49,024 nt of DNA from Promethearchaeota archaeon (GTDB taxonomy: Archaea > Asgardarchaeota > Lokiarchaeia > Sigyniarchaeales > SOKP01): contig JALGVJ010000029.1 of assembly GCA_029838195.1 (NCBI GenBank), positions 1 to 49,024 of the forward strand, given 5' to 3'. The notes below the pieces were generated by a model that saw only the letters and a list, made by a program, of their open reading frames with translations, was not told the origin of the DNA and ran no database searches. Of this stretch, positions 38,598 through 49,023 are shown piece after piece (position 1 is the first letter of the stretch; every line of letters begins with the position of its first letter). The position numbers and the translations under genes are program-made.

Positions 38598-40484
38598 TTA
38601 TATTCCTATTTTTTTAATTTCTCTATTTAAAAAAAGAGAAACGATTCCATCTGCCATTAAAAAGAATGCAAAAAAGATCAAGGTGGAAGTGAATAAATAC
38701 TCGCTAAAAGATTCTGATAGGACGGTTGAACCGAACGTTATATGGTGAATCGAAATTATATTAGTTCCAAATAAAAAGAGAACAATAATTATTAATACAG
38801 TACAAAATATCTCAACAATCCCTAAGGAGAGGTTAACATTATAGATAATTTTTCTTTCAGTTTTAGTGAGTTCAATAATCCGGGCATCTCCTAAAGTAAT
38901 TGCAACTTTATTTTTATTTATTTTTTTCACGAAAAAGTATACTATTTGGGTTAAAGGGATTACCGCAAAAAAAATAGTAATAAAAGAAAAAATGCAAACA
39001 AAAATGATCATGCGGAGGAAAATCGTTGAGAATTCATTTTCAAATCCTTGAATTGGAGAATATAACACGCTTAAATTATTTAAGATCCATATGAAACTAC
39101 CAATTAAAATACTCAAAAAAAATTTAATTCCAGCAAGAGTTAGGGTAATGGATGACCGGTCTGCAATTGTTATTAAATAATATGACATTCCAATCGTGAA
39201 GATTAGCATTCCAAAAATAATTGCTTGGAAACTCAGGAAAAATGCTAAAAGTAAACACGTGATTCCTACTCCAATGGGAAGATAAGGAAATAAAGGGGCT
39301 TTAAAAGGGCGATCTAAATTCTTTCGTTTATAGCGCAGGCTCACCGCGGCAAAATTTATAAAAGCTAATGCAAAAAAATAAATAAAGGTAGTCATTTCAG
39401 CCGCAAAACCAACAGTGGTAAACATGATAAGTATCATGCTAAGAACAGAAGTTAAAATTAATGCATTTGTCGGAACATTGGTTTCTTTATTTTTATAAGT
39501 AAAAATTTTTGGCATGTATTGATCTCGTGCTAAAGCATGAAAGACACTCGTGGCTGAACTTAAAGCGGCGTTCATCGCTATTAGGGTGGCTAATATAGCT
39601 GCTAATACCATTAAATATAATCCAGCTGGCCCCAAGAGATTAAATGATATGGTAATTAATAAAATTTCTTGATCTGAAGGATCATTTGAAACATTTCCTA
39701 TGTTTATTAACACTGCTGAAGTAATACCCAAGTAAATCAATAAGGTAAAAAATATTGCTAAAATATTTACTTTTGGAATATTTTTAGAGGGATTTTTCAG
39801 ATCCGCGTTGAAATACGCTAAATTGGACGTTATGCTTGTAAAAAAAATGAATAATAATGCAAACATTTGAATGATGTTAAAAAACCGAAATTTCGAATCA
39901 GAAATTATGGGATTAAATCCTAAAGGATTACTCACGGGAGCAATTACAACTCCATAAAACACGAAAAAAGCAAAAATTATTATCAAAAAAATGGTTAATA
40001 TGATTAACGTCTTGGTGGCACCTCTATCTGTTCGAAAAAGAATTATGCTTGTAATTAATACGGCTAAAATGGCGATAAGATTCATGAGTTTAGATAAAAA
40101 AGGAAATATTAGACTCAACACGTATGCAAATGTTAAAGCTGAAAAAGTACAAGATGCTATATTTGCTAACCATAAAAAAAATCCAATGATAAAGGATAAA
40201 AAGCCACCGCTAGCTTCTTTTGAGAAATTATAACCCCCACCAGAAATGGGCAAACTAGTTTCAAGTTCAGAATAATTAAGGGCAGTTAATAGAATTAAAA
40301 GGCCCCCCAAAAAAATACTGATTAAAACACCAGATCCAGCAACTTCTACTCCTTCTCCAAGAAGTATGAATATAGATCCCCCGATTCCACATCCTATCCC
40401 GTAGAAGATTCCACTTGCGATACCATATCGTTGTTCTACACTTCCTTGTTCAGTTTGCTGTTCTGACAAGTCAAGATCCACCAT
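38598..40484 (-). CDS. APC family amino acid permease with extra C-terminal TMs
   Basis: IGGSIF, YSEL...PISGGGY, NPSKNIP, ALARD, RPFKAP. Confidence 0.9.
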   Translation of the reverse strand: MVDLDLSEQQTEQGSVEQRYGIASGIFYGIGCGIGGSIFILLGEGVEVAGSGVLISIFLGGLLILLTALNYSELETSLPISGGGYNFSKEASGGFLSFIIGFFLWLANIASCTFSALTFAYVLSLIFPFLSKLMNLIAILAVLITSIILFRTDRGATKTLIILTIFLIIIFAFFVFYGVVIAPVSNPLGFNPIISDSKFRFFNIIQMFALLFIFFTSITSNLAYFNADLKNPSKNIPKVNILAIFFTLLIYLGITSAVLINIGNVSNDPSDQEILLITISFNLLGPAGLYLMVLAAILATLIAMNAALSSATSVFHALARDQYMPKIFTYKNKETNVPTNALILTSVLSMILIMFTTVGFAAEMTTFIYFFALAFINFAAVSLRYKRKNLDRPFKAPLFPYLPIGVGITCLLLAFFLSFQAIIFGMLIFTIGMSYYLITIADRSSITLTLAGIKFFLSILIGSFIWILNNLSVLYSPIQGFENEFSTIFLRMIIFVCIFSFITIFFAVIPLTQIVYFFVKKINKNKVAITLGDARIIELTKTERKIIYNVNLSLGIVEIFCTVLIIIVLFLFGTNIISIHHITFGSTVLSESFSEYLFTSTLIFFAFFLMADGIVSLFLNREIKKIGI

Positions 40485-40540
40485 GAATGAATTAGAGTTT
40501 ATTTTTCAATTTTCAAAAACTAAGAAATAAAATCTACCAA

Positions 40541-41977
40541 TTAACTTTTCTCTAAATGAAATACGCCTGAAATAATTGAAAAAATTCCTCCAATTAAAGT
40601 AATGAGGATAAGGAACACGTGACTCGTTTCTCTTAAATCCACGATACCGGAGAGACTTCCCGTGCTCAGTATCAAGAAAAAAATCCCAACCCCAATTAAA
40701 ATTCCTCCAAAAAATTTTGAAGCCTTATAAATTAAAGAGAGTACTTCCAACCTGTTGATTCGGCTTTCCTTATCCCTAATTTCTTTTTCTTGCCCTTGCA
40801 ATTGGTTTTTGAGATTTTGAAATAATGCCTTTGCATCATTAATGCTTGAATCAATTACTTCTTTAGCTTTTTCTAATTTTTCATATTCTTCTTCTAAATG
40901 CTCATATTTTTCTTTGATACTTTTAAGTCTTTCTTCCCATTCTTGGTACTCTGTTGTAGATATGTCAATATTATTTCTTAATTCTTCAATTCTTTTCTCA
41001 TTGAGCTCAATTTTTTTCTCTTGAGTGTTAATTTCTTCATTTAATGATTCCAAAGTTTCTCGTGCTTTTTGGATTCGGGATTCCATATCTATTAACTGTT
41101 GTTGCTTTTCTGTCATTTGAAACTTGTATTTTTCCAGCAACTCCTCGTAAGCTTTTGCTTTTTCCTTCATTTCAGGAAAGTCTTGTGAATATTGTTTGAT
41201 CTGGTTTTCCATTTCCTTTAATCTCGCTTCTTTCTTTATCAATTGTTCGTTTAGAAGTTTTAATTCATCTTCCTTGGCTTCAATCAATTTCTTGGAATGC
41301 TCTAATTCCAGTTTATTTTTTTCATTCGTAAGTTTTAAAGTATCATTTTCTGCTCTTAAACTTGTTATCTTTTTCTCAAGTATTTGAGCCTCTTCTCTTT
41401 GCGATTTTAATTGTTCTTTTTCTTCACGCAATGTTTCATTTAGTTTTGCAATTTCTTCCCTTAATTCATCTTTTTCTTGAATCTTTTCTTTAACGCTATC
41501 GGTGAGCACAATAAGGTCTACTTGCCGTGATTCATAGGATTTTACCAACTGTTCATTGTTTTTAATCAATTCCTTATATTCCTCTTCTATTTTTTCCATG
41601 CTTTCTTTTGTTATTTTCAGCCCTTCTTCCAACGTGTTTAATTCCTCATTTTTTCGAACATATCGCTCCTCAAGATTCGCAATGTTTTCCTCTAATGCTT
41701 TTTTAAAATTTTCCAACTCCTCGATTTTCTTTCTATAAGATTCAAGCTGCTTACGTGCCTCCTCTACTTCTATCTCAAGGTTTTCGTCTGATTTCTTCTC
41801 TATTTCTTTTTTTACGGATTCTTTTTCTATTTCTTCAACACTAGATTCGAAGGTTCTCAATTTTTTATCAATTAGATCACGGGAATCTTTCGCTTTACTT
41901 AAGAGTTCTTTATTGACTTTATCTTCGTCCTTTTCCGACTTGCTTGCCTTCTCTTCTTCTTTAATCTCGTCCATCAT
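40541..41977 (-). CDS. Long coiled-coil protein with C-terminal two-TM anchor
   Basis: About 410 aa E/K-rich heptads with almost no Pro/Gly, then two hydrophobic helices; no ATPase motifs. Confidence 0.8.
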   Translation of the reverse strand: MMDEIKEEEKASKSEKDEDKVNKELLSKAKDSRDLIDKKLRTFESSVEEIEKESVKKEIEKKSDENLEIEVEEARKQLESYRKKIEELENFKKALEENIANLEERYVRKNEELNTLEEGLKITKESMEKIEEEYKELIKNNEQLVKSYESRQVDLIVLTDSVKEKIQEKDELREEIAKLNETLREEKEQLKSQREEAQILEKKITSLRAENDTLKLTNEKNKLELEHSKKLIEAKEDELKLLNEQLIKKEARLKEMENQIKQYSQDFPEMKEKAKAYEELLEKYKFQMTEKQQQLIDMESRIQKARETLESLNEEINTQEKKIELNEKRIEELRNNIDISTTEYQEWEERLKSIKEKYEHLEEEYEKLEKAKEVIDSSINDAKALFQNLKNQLQGQEKEIRDKESRINRLEVLSLIYKASKFFGGILIGVGIFFLILSTGSLSGIVDLRETSHVFLILITLIGGIFSIISGVFHLEKS

Positions 41978-42582
41978 TTTAATATTGTGATTTTTAGCCG
42001 GATTAATTATTTTCTTTAATTAGAATTAGAATTTAATAATTAATTTTGCTAAGGTTTATAAATTTTTCCTCAAAAGTGTTTTAAATTAAATAAATAAATT
42101 ATTATAATGAAATTTCTTTTAACAACTCTTTTATATCATTTAGTAAACTTAATTATTAAATTCTTTTGCTTTTTCCTATTAATGCTAAGAAAAAGAGAAA
42201 AAAAATTTAAATAGGATGATTATTTAGGATTTATTCATTTTTTTACTGATAAAATCCTCAGAAGATTTAGTTCCCATTAGGAAAAAATTTAATTCAAAGA
42301 AGGTTATGAAAAAAATTTGAGGTGCGAACCCTAATGATAACACGAAGATATAGGATTATTTCAATTATTCTAAAAATTTTTAATCCATGAGATGAGTATC
42401 ATGTTATAATTTCTAACTAATGGTATTTCAAGAGGTGTTATTAATCTTTTGAACAATAGATTCATGTAAATATAGAATTAAAAATTTCTTAATATCACGA
42501 TAAAAATCACTCTGTTTAGATCATCATTTCTATTGAATTATTCTTCTGAAATGCTAATCGCTAATTCATGAAAACACAAATC

Positions 42583-44073
42583 TCATTCATCTTTTGTTTC
42601 TTTTACGAGTTTAATTTTAATCAATAAATTAAACGTCCTTGGACCGAATGTAACTAATATATAAAAATTCTCTCTTCCCCCTACCTCTAATTCGCCATTA
42701 ATGATTGGAACAGTAAATTGTTTTGTACCATATACGCTCGCTAATTCATGATCGTAATGATTAAAATCAGCACGATTTTCTAACGCTCGAACCGTGTGTA
42801 AAAATTTTCCAGAATCACGTTTAGAGAGTTCAGCAAACATGTAATGAAGGTCTAAATAATTACCATGTTCATGTTCGTTAATAATGAACGTTGTCGTTGT
42901 ATGATATGTTCTCATGAAAAGTTCTCCATTCTGAAAATCAGAGTATTGATTTAAAACTTTTTTAACGTGATTTCTAATAACTTCCGTTAAATAGATTAAT
43001 TGCGTGATGCTATAACTTCTTAATTTTAGCTTATAAAAGGATATAATTTCAGAGGAAGTCTCAAATTTCTTTATCAATTTCACGTCTAATAATGGTTTAT
43101 ATAATGCCGGATTGTAGTTTTCAAGAGGTGTAAAAACGGATTTATTTATTCGATTAATGTTTCTAAAAGCCCAAGTTTTTAGAAGTAATTTCTGAGAAAA
43201 AGGTAGTTGCTCAGTTGCTTCTAAAAATCCCCTTACCATTTGAGAACTTTCTAGCATGGGTGTAGCACTGCCAATTGTTATCCTATGCCACGCATTTTGA
43301 ATGAATCCTTGAATGTTAAAAAGATAATTAAAATATTCAGTAGGCGTCATTCCCCCGAGAGTTCTGGGATCGAGTTCAATCCAGACATTATTAAAATATT
43401 TTAGCAATTGATAATACAAAGAAAAATCCCCCGATACATCCCATCCACTCAAGATAAAAATATTTTCAGGATATTTTGAAAAAAAAGTCTTTAATTTCAT
43501 ATAGGATGTGTTTTCCGCATGATTTTGGGGGATGTTCATGTTGCCTACATCGATTTTAATGAAATATTCTTTTTCTTTACAATAGGAAATGAAGTTCTTG
43601 AAGCTTTCATTATCCTCATCCAAATCAAGGTTGGTATAAGAGGGATAAATAACCACCCCTGCTACTTTAATCTGTTTCTCTTTGTTTTTTAATTGCTCAA
43701 GAGAGTTTGGATCATTTAAGTCAACGGATAAAATGCCTAAAAAAAGATTACTCGCACTATTTACCACGTTAATAACATCCTCATTGTCAATTCCATAAGG
43801 TCGCCCTAAATCCATGCCTTGAATTAATCCTCTCGTTATTCCCGAACATTCCAATTCCACCTTGAGATCTTCCAAAGTCAACTTTCTTCTATAAAAATAA
43901 TGTCTTCCTTCTGGATTTTTCATGGATAATAATTTCTTTAATTTCTCGCTCATTTTTACATCTTCATAAATGGGCCAAATTAAAGAATCAATCTGTCCAT
44001 GCTGGAAAGCGTTAGCATGCTCTTCTCCAAAAATGCAATTAAAATCCGGTTGATATAATCTCTCTTCCGACAT
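42583..44073 (-). CDS. Amidohydrolase_2-like barrel fused to a YjbQ/UPF0047-like domain
   Basis: N-terminal barrel-like spacing (GVVIYP, NNVWIELD, ITIGSATP); C-terminal HTTTTFIINE, VPIINGELEVG, GPR. Confidence 0.65.
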   Translation of the reverse strand: MSEERLYQPDFNCIFGEEHANAFQHGQIDSLIWPIYEDVKMSEKLKKLLSMKNPEGRHYFYRRKLTLEDLKVELECSGITRGLIQGMDLGRPYGIDNEDVINVVNSASNLFLGILSVDLNDPNSLEQLKNKEKQIKVAGVVIYPSYTNLDLDEDNESFKNFISYCKEKEYFIKIDVGNMNIPQNHAENTSYMKLKTFFSKYPENIFILSGWDVSGDFSLYYQLLKYFNNVWIELDPRTLGGMTPTEYFNYLFNIQGFIQNAWHRITIGSATPMLESSQMVRGFLEATEQLPFSQKLLLKTWAFRNINRINKSVFTPLENYNPALYKPLLDVKLIKKFETSSEIISFYKLKLRSYSITQLIYLTEVIRNHVKKVLNQYSDFQNGELFMRTYHTTTTFIINEHEHGNYLDLHYMFAELSKRDSGKFLHTVRALENRADFNHYDHELASVYGTKQFTVPIINGELEVGGRENFYILVTFGPRTFNLLIKIKLVKETKDE

Positions 44074-44276
44074 GATTAGACTAGCTTTAATTTGGAAACG
44101 TAAAAAATATAATGATACTTGATTTAGAAATGTTTGGATTCATTTAATCTTGTTTTTTTCAATTTTTTATTCACATTTTAGAGAATGATTTTACCTTTTT
44201 ACCCCGATGAAAATGATTTTAAAAATATTTTTACGGGTCTTCCAAGAAATTTATACTCTTGTAATTATTATATAAC

Positions 44277-46280
44277 ATGTATAGTTCTTGCGATAATGGT
44301 CTTAAAATAATTATGAAAGAAAATCATAATATTCTTCTCTTGAAACCAAATTTAGGCCAACCCCATTTAATCAATTTAAATGAGATAATAGAAAAGCAAG
44401 CTCTTGAACCTGGAACCAATCTCTTTTTTGAAGCAATTTTTTTTTTAGAAAAACCATGCAAGAAAGAAGATTTAGAAAAAATTCTATTGAATCATTGTTA
44501 TTTGCAGCCTTTACTTAAAGATACTGGTGATTTTAATGCCAGAAGAGGTTCACTCATTCCTCTTAAAATTCTTGAAATTAACAATCCATGTATAGAAGAC
44601 ATAAAGAAATTAAGGAAAAATGAGAAAGAGGTCATTTTACATGACATCTATTTAAATTTAAACAAGCTATTGGAAAAACCAATTAAACAGGATACTCTCC
44701 ACGTGGTTAAATTCGGGATATTGAATCTTTTATCTATAAAAACTTTATTAAAACAAGAGCAGCGGGCGTGTTTATTATTTGATATCGTCATAAAAATTCC
44801 AACTTTCACCACACCCATTATAAATTATCATGCTTTGGCTATTTTTAATAAAGAATGGAAAAATTTCAGTTTCATTCATGCTACCGATCTTCACGTTGCA
44901 AGAAGAAATGATTTTATATCCATTCATTTAAAAAATGAGGCCAATAATAAATTTAAGAATAAAAAAAGTTGCTTGTCGACAAAAAATTCTCCATCAATTT
45001 CATGTAGAGATTTTGAAATAAAAATTGGTTTTCAAGAAAATGAATACAATCAATTAAAACAAGCAAAATATAATTTTAATTATAATCTGAGGAAATTCAT
45101 AAGATTTGTAAATGAAAGAATAAAAGACAATGAATTAGATTTTGTTGTCTTTACGGGTGATCTTGTCGATTATATCGAAATAGCAATGGGAAATGATCAA
45201 TATCTAAATAATTATCACGTGTTCACTTCCATTTTATTGGGAATTAACATGAAAAAAGATTCCTCCTCTCAATTCAGTCAAGAAGAATATCAAAATCAAC
45301 ACGAGATTTTAGCGCCCATTTTTACTACGACGGGCAATCATGATTATCGCATTGGTCATTATAGCCTTCATTTTGGTAATATTTGTAAAATTTTTGGCAT
45401 GACCAAAGAAGATATAAAAAATTATCATGATTTGAAATTCTTTAGTTATTATAGTACGGTTCGTTCAAATATAAAATACATGAAATATTATCTTGAAAAA
45501 ATCAATCCAAATTTGAATTATTCTTTTAAGTTTGGAAAAAAATTTCTTTTTATCTGTTTAGATACGGGACAAGATGAAAAAAAGAACTTATATAATCTTT
45601 TCCGGGGTGTTCCGAAATCTAAGGGATTGTCTGATCATCAAATTCAATTTATTAGAGAAGTACTGTCCTTGAATGAAAATAAAAATATCGTGTTTTTCAT
45701 GCACGCGCCTCCCTTATCTCCCATGAAAAATTATTATAAACTAAAAAAATTGAGAAAATTATTAAAAGCAAGTCAAAATGTTAAATGGAGTGAGCTTTAT
45801 GAAAATAATCTAAAAAAAATAAAGGGTACGGGGCATCTTAACGATTTATTGCATTTTAATCATCAAACAATAAAAAATAACAGAGAATCGTTTTTAAAAT
45901 TATGTTTAGGTTTAAATTTAAAAACAAATAACAAGATTGATTTAATTTTATGTGGACACGATCATTCTTTAAAAGAATTCCGTCTTGAACCAAATACTCA
46001 CCCCCCCACTATATCTAAAGAAAAAGAAGATAAAAGTACCTTTTTTAACATTTTTACCCAAAATTATCGAAAAATCATTAATTCCATGAAAGATCATGAT
46101 CGGTTGGAAAATTATTTTAAAAATAATCGACCTTTTCTCTTTCAAACCCAAGCTTTAGGTCCTATTTCTAATAAATTTTTAAAATTCAAACCTCCGGGAT
46201 TTCGCTTGTTTAAAGTGAAAGAAAATATTCTCTATGAGATCGATGTTTATTCTTTTCACTTAATAACTAAAAAGAGATAA
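44277..46280 (+). CDS. Large calcineurin-like metallophosphoesterase
   Basis: ATDLH, TGDLVD, GNHD, FMHAP, GHDH. Confidence 0.85.
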   Translation: MYSSCDNGLKIIMKENHNILLLKPNLGQPHLINLNEIIEKQALEPGTNLFFEAIFFLEKPCKKEDLEKILLNHCYLQPLLKDTGDFNARRGSLIPLKILEINNPCIEDIKKLRKNEKEVILHDIYLNLNKLLEKPIKQDTLHVVKFGILNLLSIKTLLKQEQRACLLFDIVIKIPTFTTPIINYHALAIFNKEWKNFSFIHATDLHVARRNDFISIHLKNEANNKFKNKKSCLSTKNSPSISCRDFEIKIGFQENEYNQLKQAKYNFNYNLRKFIRFVNERIKDNELDFVVFTGDLVDYIEIAMGNDQYLNNYHVFTSILLGINMKKDSSSQFSQEEYQNQHEILAPIFTTTGNHDYRIGHYSLHFGNICKIFGMTKEDIKNYHDLKFFSYYSTVRSNIKYMKYYLEKINPNLNYSFKFGKKFLFICLDTGQDEKKNLYNLFRGVPKSKGLSDHQIQFIREVLSLNENKNIVFFMHAPPLSPMKNYYKLKKLRKLLKASQNVKWSELYENNLKKIKGTGHLNDLLHFNHQTIKNNRESFLKLCLGLNLKTNNKIDLILCGHDHSLKEFRLEPNTHPPTISKEKEDKSTFFNIFTQNYRKIINSMKDHDRLENYFKNNRPFLFQTQALGPISNKFLKFKPPGFRLFKVKENILYEIDVYSFHLITKKR

Positions 46281-46322
46281 AAAGACGGTGCTTGATGATT
46301 AATTCTATCCTGCCGTACCCAC

Positions 46323-47294
46323 TCAAATTAATTTTGCTTTTTCCATGAATTCAAGTACCTCTTCGAATGTAGTATCAGGCATGGGACCAAAAAATTCCAC
46401 TTTTAATGCTCCTACTGCATTCGCAAATCTAGCAGCTTCTTCAAGCTCCAATCCAGCTAAATAAGTTGCCATGAACGCACCGCCAAATGAATCTCCGGCG
46501 CCCGTGGGATCCAATTCTCTTGCTTTAAAGCCCTTGATATGTACGGGGTCTGATTTTTCTTTCATGAAAATTGTACATCCTTGTTTTCCTTGCTTTAAGA
46601 TAACTAGTTCTATACCCAATTCTAATAATTTTCTACATGCTTGCTGCTCACCTTTTACTTGAGCTAGCATCTCAGCCTCTTCCCCGCTAGGTAATAAAAT
46701 TTTTGTCTTTTCTAATACAGGTCTAGATATTTCTATTATTTTATCAATGGGCAACATTTCTGGCCTTAAATTGGGATCAAATGAAATGATAGCCTCCGGA
46801 TTTTGCCTTAATGTTATTTCTATAGCTTTATAACATGCTTTCTTAGAATTTTCACTGATAGATAATGCACTCCCCATGACATGTAAATTTTTTACATTTT
46901 TAAAATATGCCTCATCTAAATCATTAATAGACGTTTCTCCAGCAGCTCCAGGCGAAAATATAAACTTTCGTGAACCATCAGAATTATACTGATTGAAAGC
47001 TATCCCAGTCGTTTTTCTATCTTCAATTCTTATTCTAGAAACGTCTACTCCATCCTTTTCTAACTTTCTTTTAATACATGAACCAAACTCATCGTTCCCT
47101 ACCACTCCTATAAAACCTGTAGATAAATTAAAGTGTTTACCCATTCGTGCTGCAGAATTAATAAAAATGGCTGGAGCACCGCTTGGAAAAGGGCCCCGAT
47201 AAATTTGCCCAATTCTATCATGTGGTGTATCCAGTTCTACCCTCATTATTTCAACTAATAATTCTCCTAAAGATATGATGTTCGGCGTTGACAT
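46323..47294 (-). CDS. PfkB-family sugar kinase
   Basis: GVVGNDEFG, FDPNLR, DPTGAGDSFGG. Confidence 0.93.
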   Translation of the reverse strand: MSTPNIISLGELLVEIMRVELDTPHDRIGQIYRGPFPSGAPAIFINSAARMGKHFNLSTGFIGVVGNDEFGSCIKRKLEKDGVDVSRIRIEDRKTTGIAFNQYNSDGSRKFIFSPGAAGETSINDLDEAYFKNVKNLHVMGSALSISENSKKACYKAIEITLRQNPEAIISFDPNLRPEMLPIDKIIEISRPVLEKTKILLPSGEEAEMLAQVKGEQQACRKLLELGIELVILKQGKQGCTIFMKEKSDPVHIKGFKARELDPTGAGDSFGGAFMATYLAGLELEEAARFANAVGALKVEFFGPMPDTTFEEVLEFMEKAKLI

Positions 47295-47718
47295 TTTCCT
47301 TAAAGCACAAGAATTTTCTCTCTTTTTTTGAATTAAAAAAATTTATCCATTTCTTTTTTAGCTAGATACTAAATATTAAATTATATTAAAACCTTTAATT
47401 CTGAAATTTTAACAAAAGAACTGATGTCTTACATTTAGTTTTTCTTGCCCAGTGAATCTGCTATTTCATGAAATTTTTACGTTTCACGTGAAAAATTTAA
47501 TATAATCTATTGAAAAAATCAGATCTCCGGGGATATATTAAAAATCTCATAAAATTGAACTATAATTAAGCCTAATTTTCAAAATTATCATGAAAAGAAA
47601 TCATTCTCCAAATTAATCAAGGTTAAATGAGATACGTTATTACATAAAAGTAAGTTCACAAACTATTAAATACAAATTAAATTCATTTTAAATAATTTAG
47701 CATTGTATCGTTTAAAAA

Positions 47719-48762
47719 GTGATTAAAATGGTTATCGAAACCAATATTACTAAAATGTTAGGGATAAAACATCCCATAATCGCAGCTCCGATGGGCCCTT
47801 TTTATACTACAGAGCTCACGGTGGCAGTTTCTGAAGCCGGAGGGCTTGGGGTTCTCAGTCATACCAATCTCTTCGGAAAGAATAGTCTTCAAGAATTAAA
47901 AAAAAACATGGAGTATGTAGTTGAGCATACCGATAAACCCTTTGGGTTTAACGTGCGAACGTCACGGTTACAAGTGGATGCCCCAACCATCTGCCGTTCC
48001 ATTCCTAAATTTATTCGAGACAACCCCCGAATTAAAGAACAATGCGTTTATGTTGTCACGAGTGCGGGGACTCCTAAAATGATGCAAAATAAAGCTTTTG
48101 AAAAATTAAAAGAAAGTGGTTCTCAAATAAAACACTTCCACGTGGCACCCGCTTTATGGCTAGCAGACAAATGTGTTACTGCTGGCGTGGATGGCTTAGT
48201 TTGTACCGGATTTGAGGGCGGTGGACACCAAAGCTACGAAAAAATCACGACTCTTGTACTCATACAAGAAGTACGGAAGAAATATCCTGACATCCCATTG
48301 GTTGCTTGTGGAGGATTTGCAACCGGAGAAGGCCTAGCAGCAGCATTAGCAATGGGGGCGGGAGCAATCGCCATGGGCTCACGCTTCATTGCTTCAAAAG
48401 AGAGCGAATTCCACGAAAAATATAAAAACATTGTCCCTCCCGCAAAATCCACGGACACGAAATATTGTTTGGGTGTCCTCGGTCCAATTAGGCTCTGGAT
48501 AAATAAATATGCTTTATCTCATAAACCCGTGGAAACTAAAGAAGAAAAATTAGCTTTAGAAAAATCTATTACTCCTGAAAGAGCCCTTGAAGATCAAAAG
48601 CATTATGAAATGACCTATGAAGGAAATATTGAAGAAGGAGCTGTTTTACTGGGACAAAGCATTGGGTTAATCGATTCCATAGATGAAGTTTCTTATATCA
48701 TAGATAAAATCGTGAATGATGCTGAAAAATGTATCATGAATGCCTCCTTATTAATAAAATAA
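47719..48762 (+). CDS. Nitronate monooxygenase / FabK-like flavoprotein
   Basis: HPIIAAPMG, VSEAGGLG, GFEGGGH, GGF...AALAMGA...MGSRF, GQSIGLI. Confidence 0.9.
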   Translation: MIKMVIETNITKMLGIKHPIIAAPMGPFYTTELTVAVSEAGGLGVLSHTNLFGKNSLQELKKNMEYVVEHTDKPFGFNVRTSRLQVDAPTICRSIPKFIRDNPRIKEQCVYVVTSAGTPKMMQNKAFEKLKESGSQIKHFHVAPALWLADKCVTAGVDGLVCTGFEGGGHQSYEKITTLVLIQEVRKKYPDIPLVACGGFATGEGLAAALAMGAGAIAMGSRFIASKESEFHEKYKNIVPPAKSTDTKYCLGVLGPIRLWINKYALSHKPVETKEEKLALEKSITPERALEDQKHYEMTYEGNIEEGAVLLGQSIGLIDSIDEVSYIIDKIVNDAEKCIMNASLLIK

Positions 48763-48897
48763 TATTTTTTTTTTAATTTCTTGACTTTATAAGATATCTA
48801 TCATTCAAATTTTTTTTCCTCTAAAACTAAAAAAAATGGCATGCTCTAAAGATCTTTAAAAAAAGTTAGGGAGCACGCTAAAAAAAATGGAGAATGT

Positions 48898-49023
48898 TCA
48901 CATGAAATGGTTGAGCTTTAAAAATTCGGATAATTCCCTTGCTTCCGGAGATATCTCTACAATTTTTTTAATCACCTTGCGTGAGCCTTTATATCTCACG
49001 AGGGCAAGTTCTATCTCCGATAA
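48898..49023 (-). CDS. 3' end of a CDS entering from the right edge; loosely resembles an IS1634-family transposase C-terminus
   Basis: ...LSEIELALVRYKGSRKVIKKIVEISPEARELSEFLKLNHFM*; only 41 codons visible. Confidence 0.35.
   Translation of the reverse strand, partial: LSEIELALVRYKGSRKVIKKIVEISPEARELSEFLKLNHFM

Noticed and set aside
40541-41977. SMC/Rad50 annotation for the coiled-coil protein
   Set aside because: No Walker motifs, hinge or zinc hook; it has TM anchors instead
644-48458. Numerous 60-106 aa ORFs antisense to or overlapping long genes (e.g. 644, 2743, 7771, 14448, 19839, 29915, 40842, 46471, 48234)
   Set aside because: Shadow frames of well-supported genes with no independent motifs
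48946-49019. Nested inverted repeats (CGGAGATA/TATCTCCG; CGTGAG/CTCACG) as an ncRNA
   Set aside because: They lie within a plausible coding frame truncated by the window edge; cannot be evaluated here
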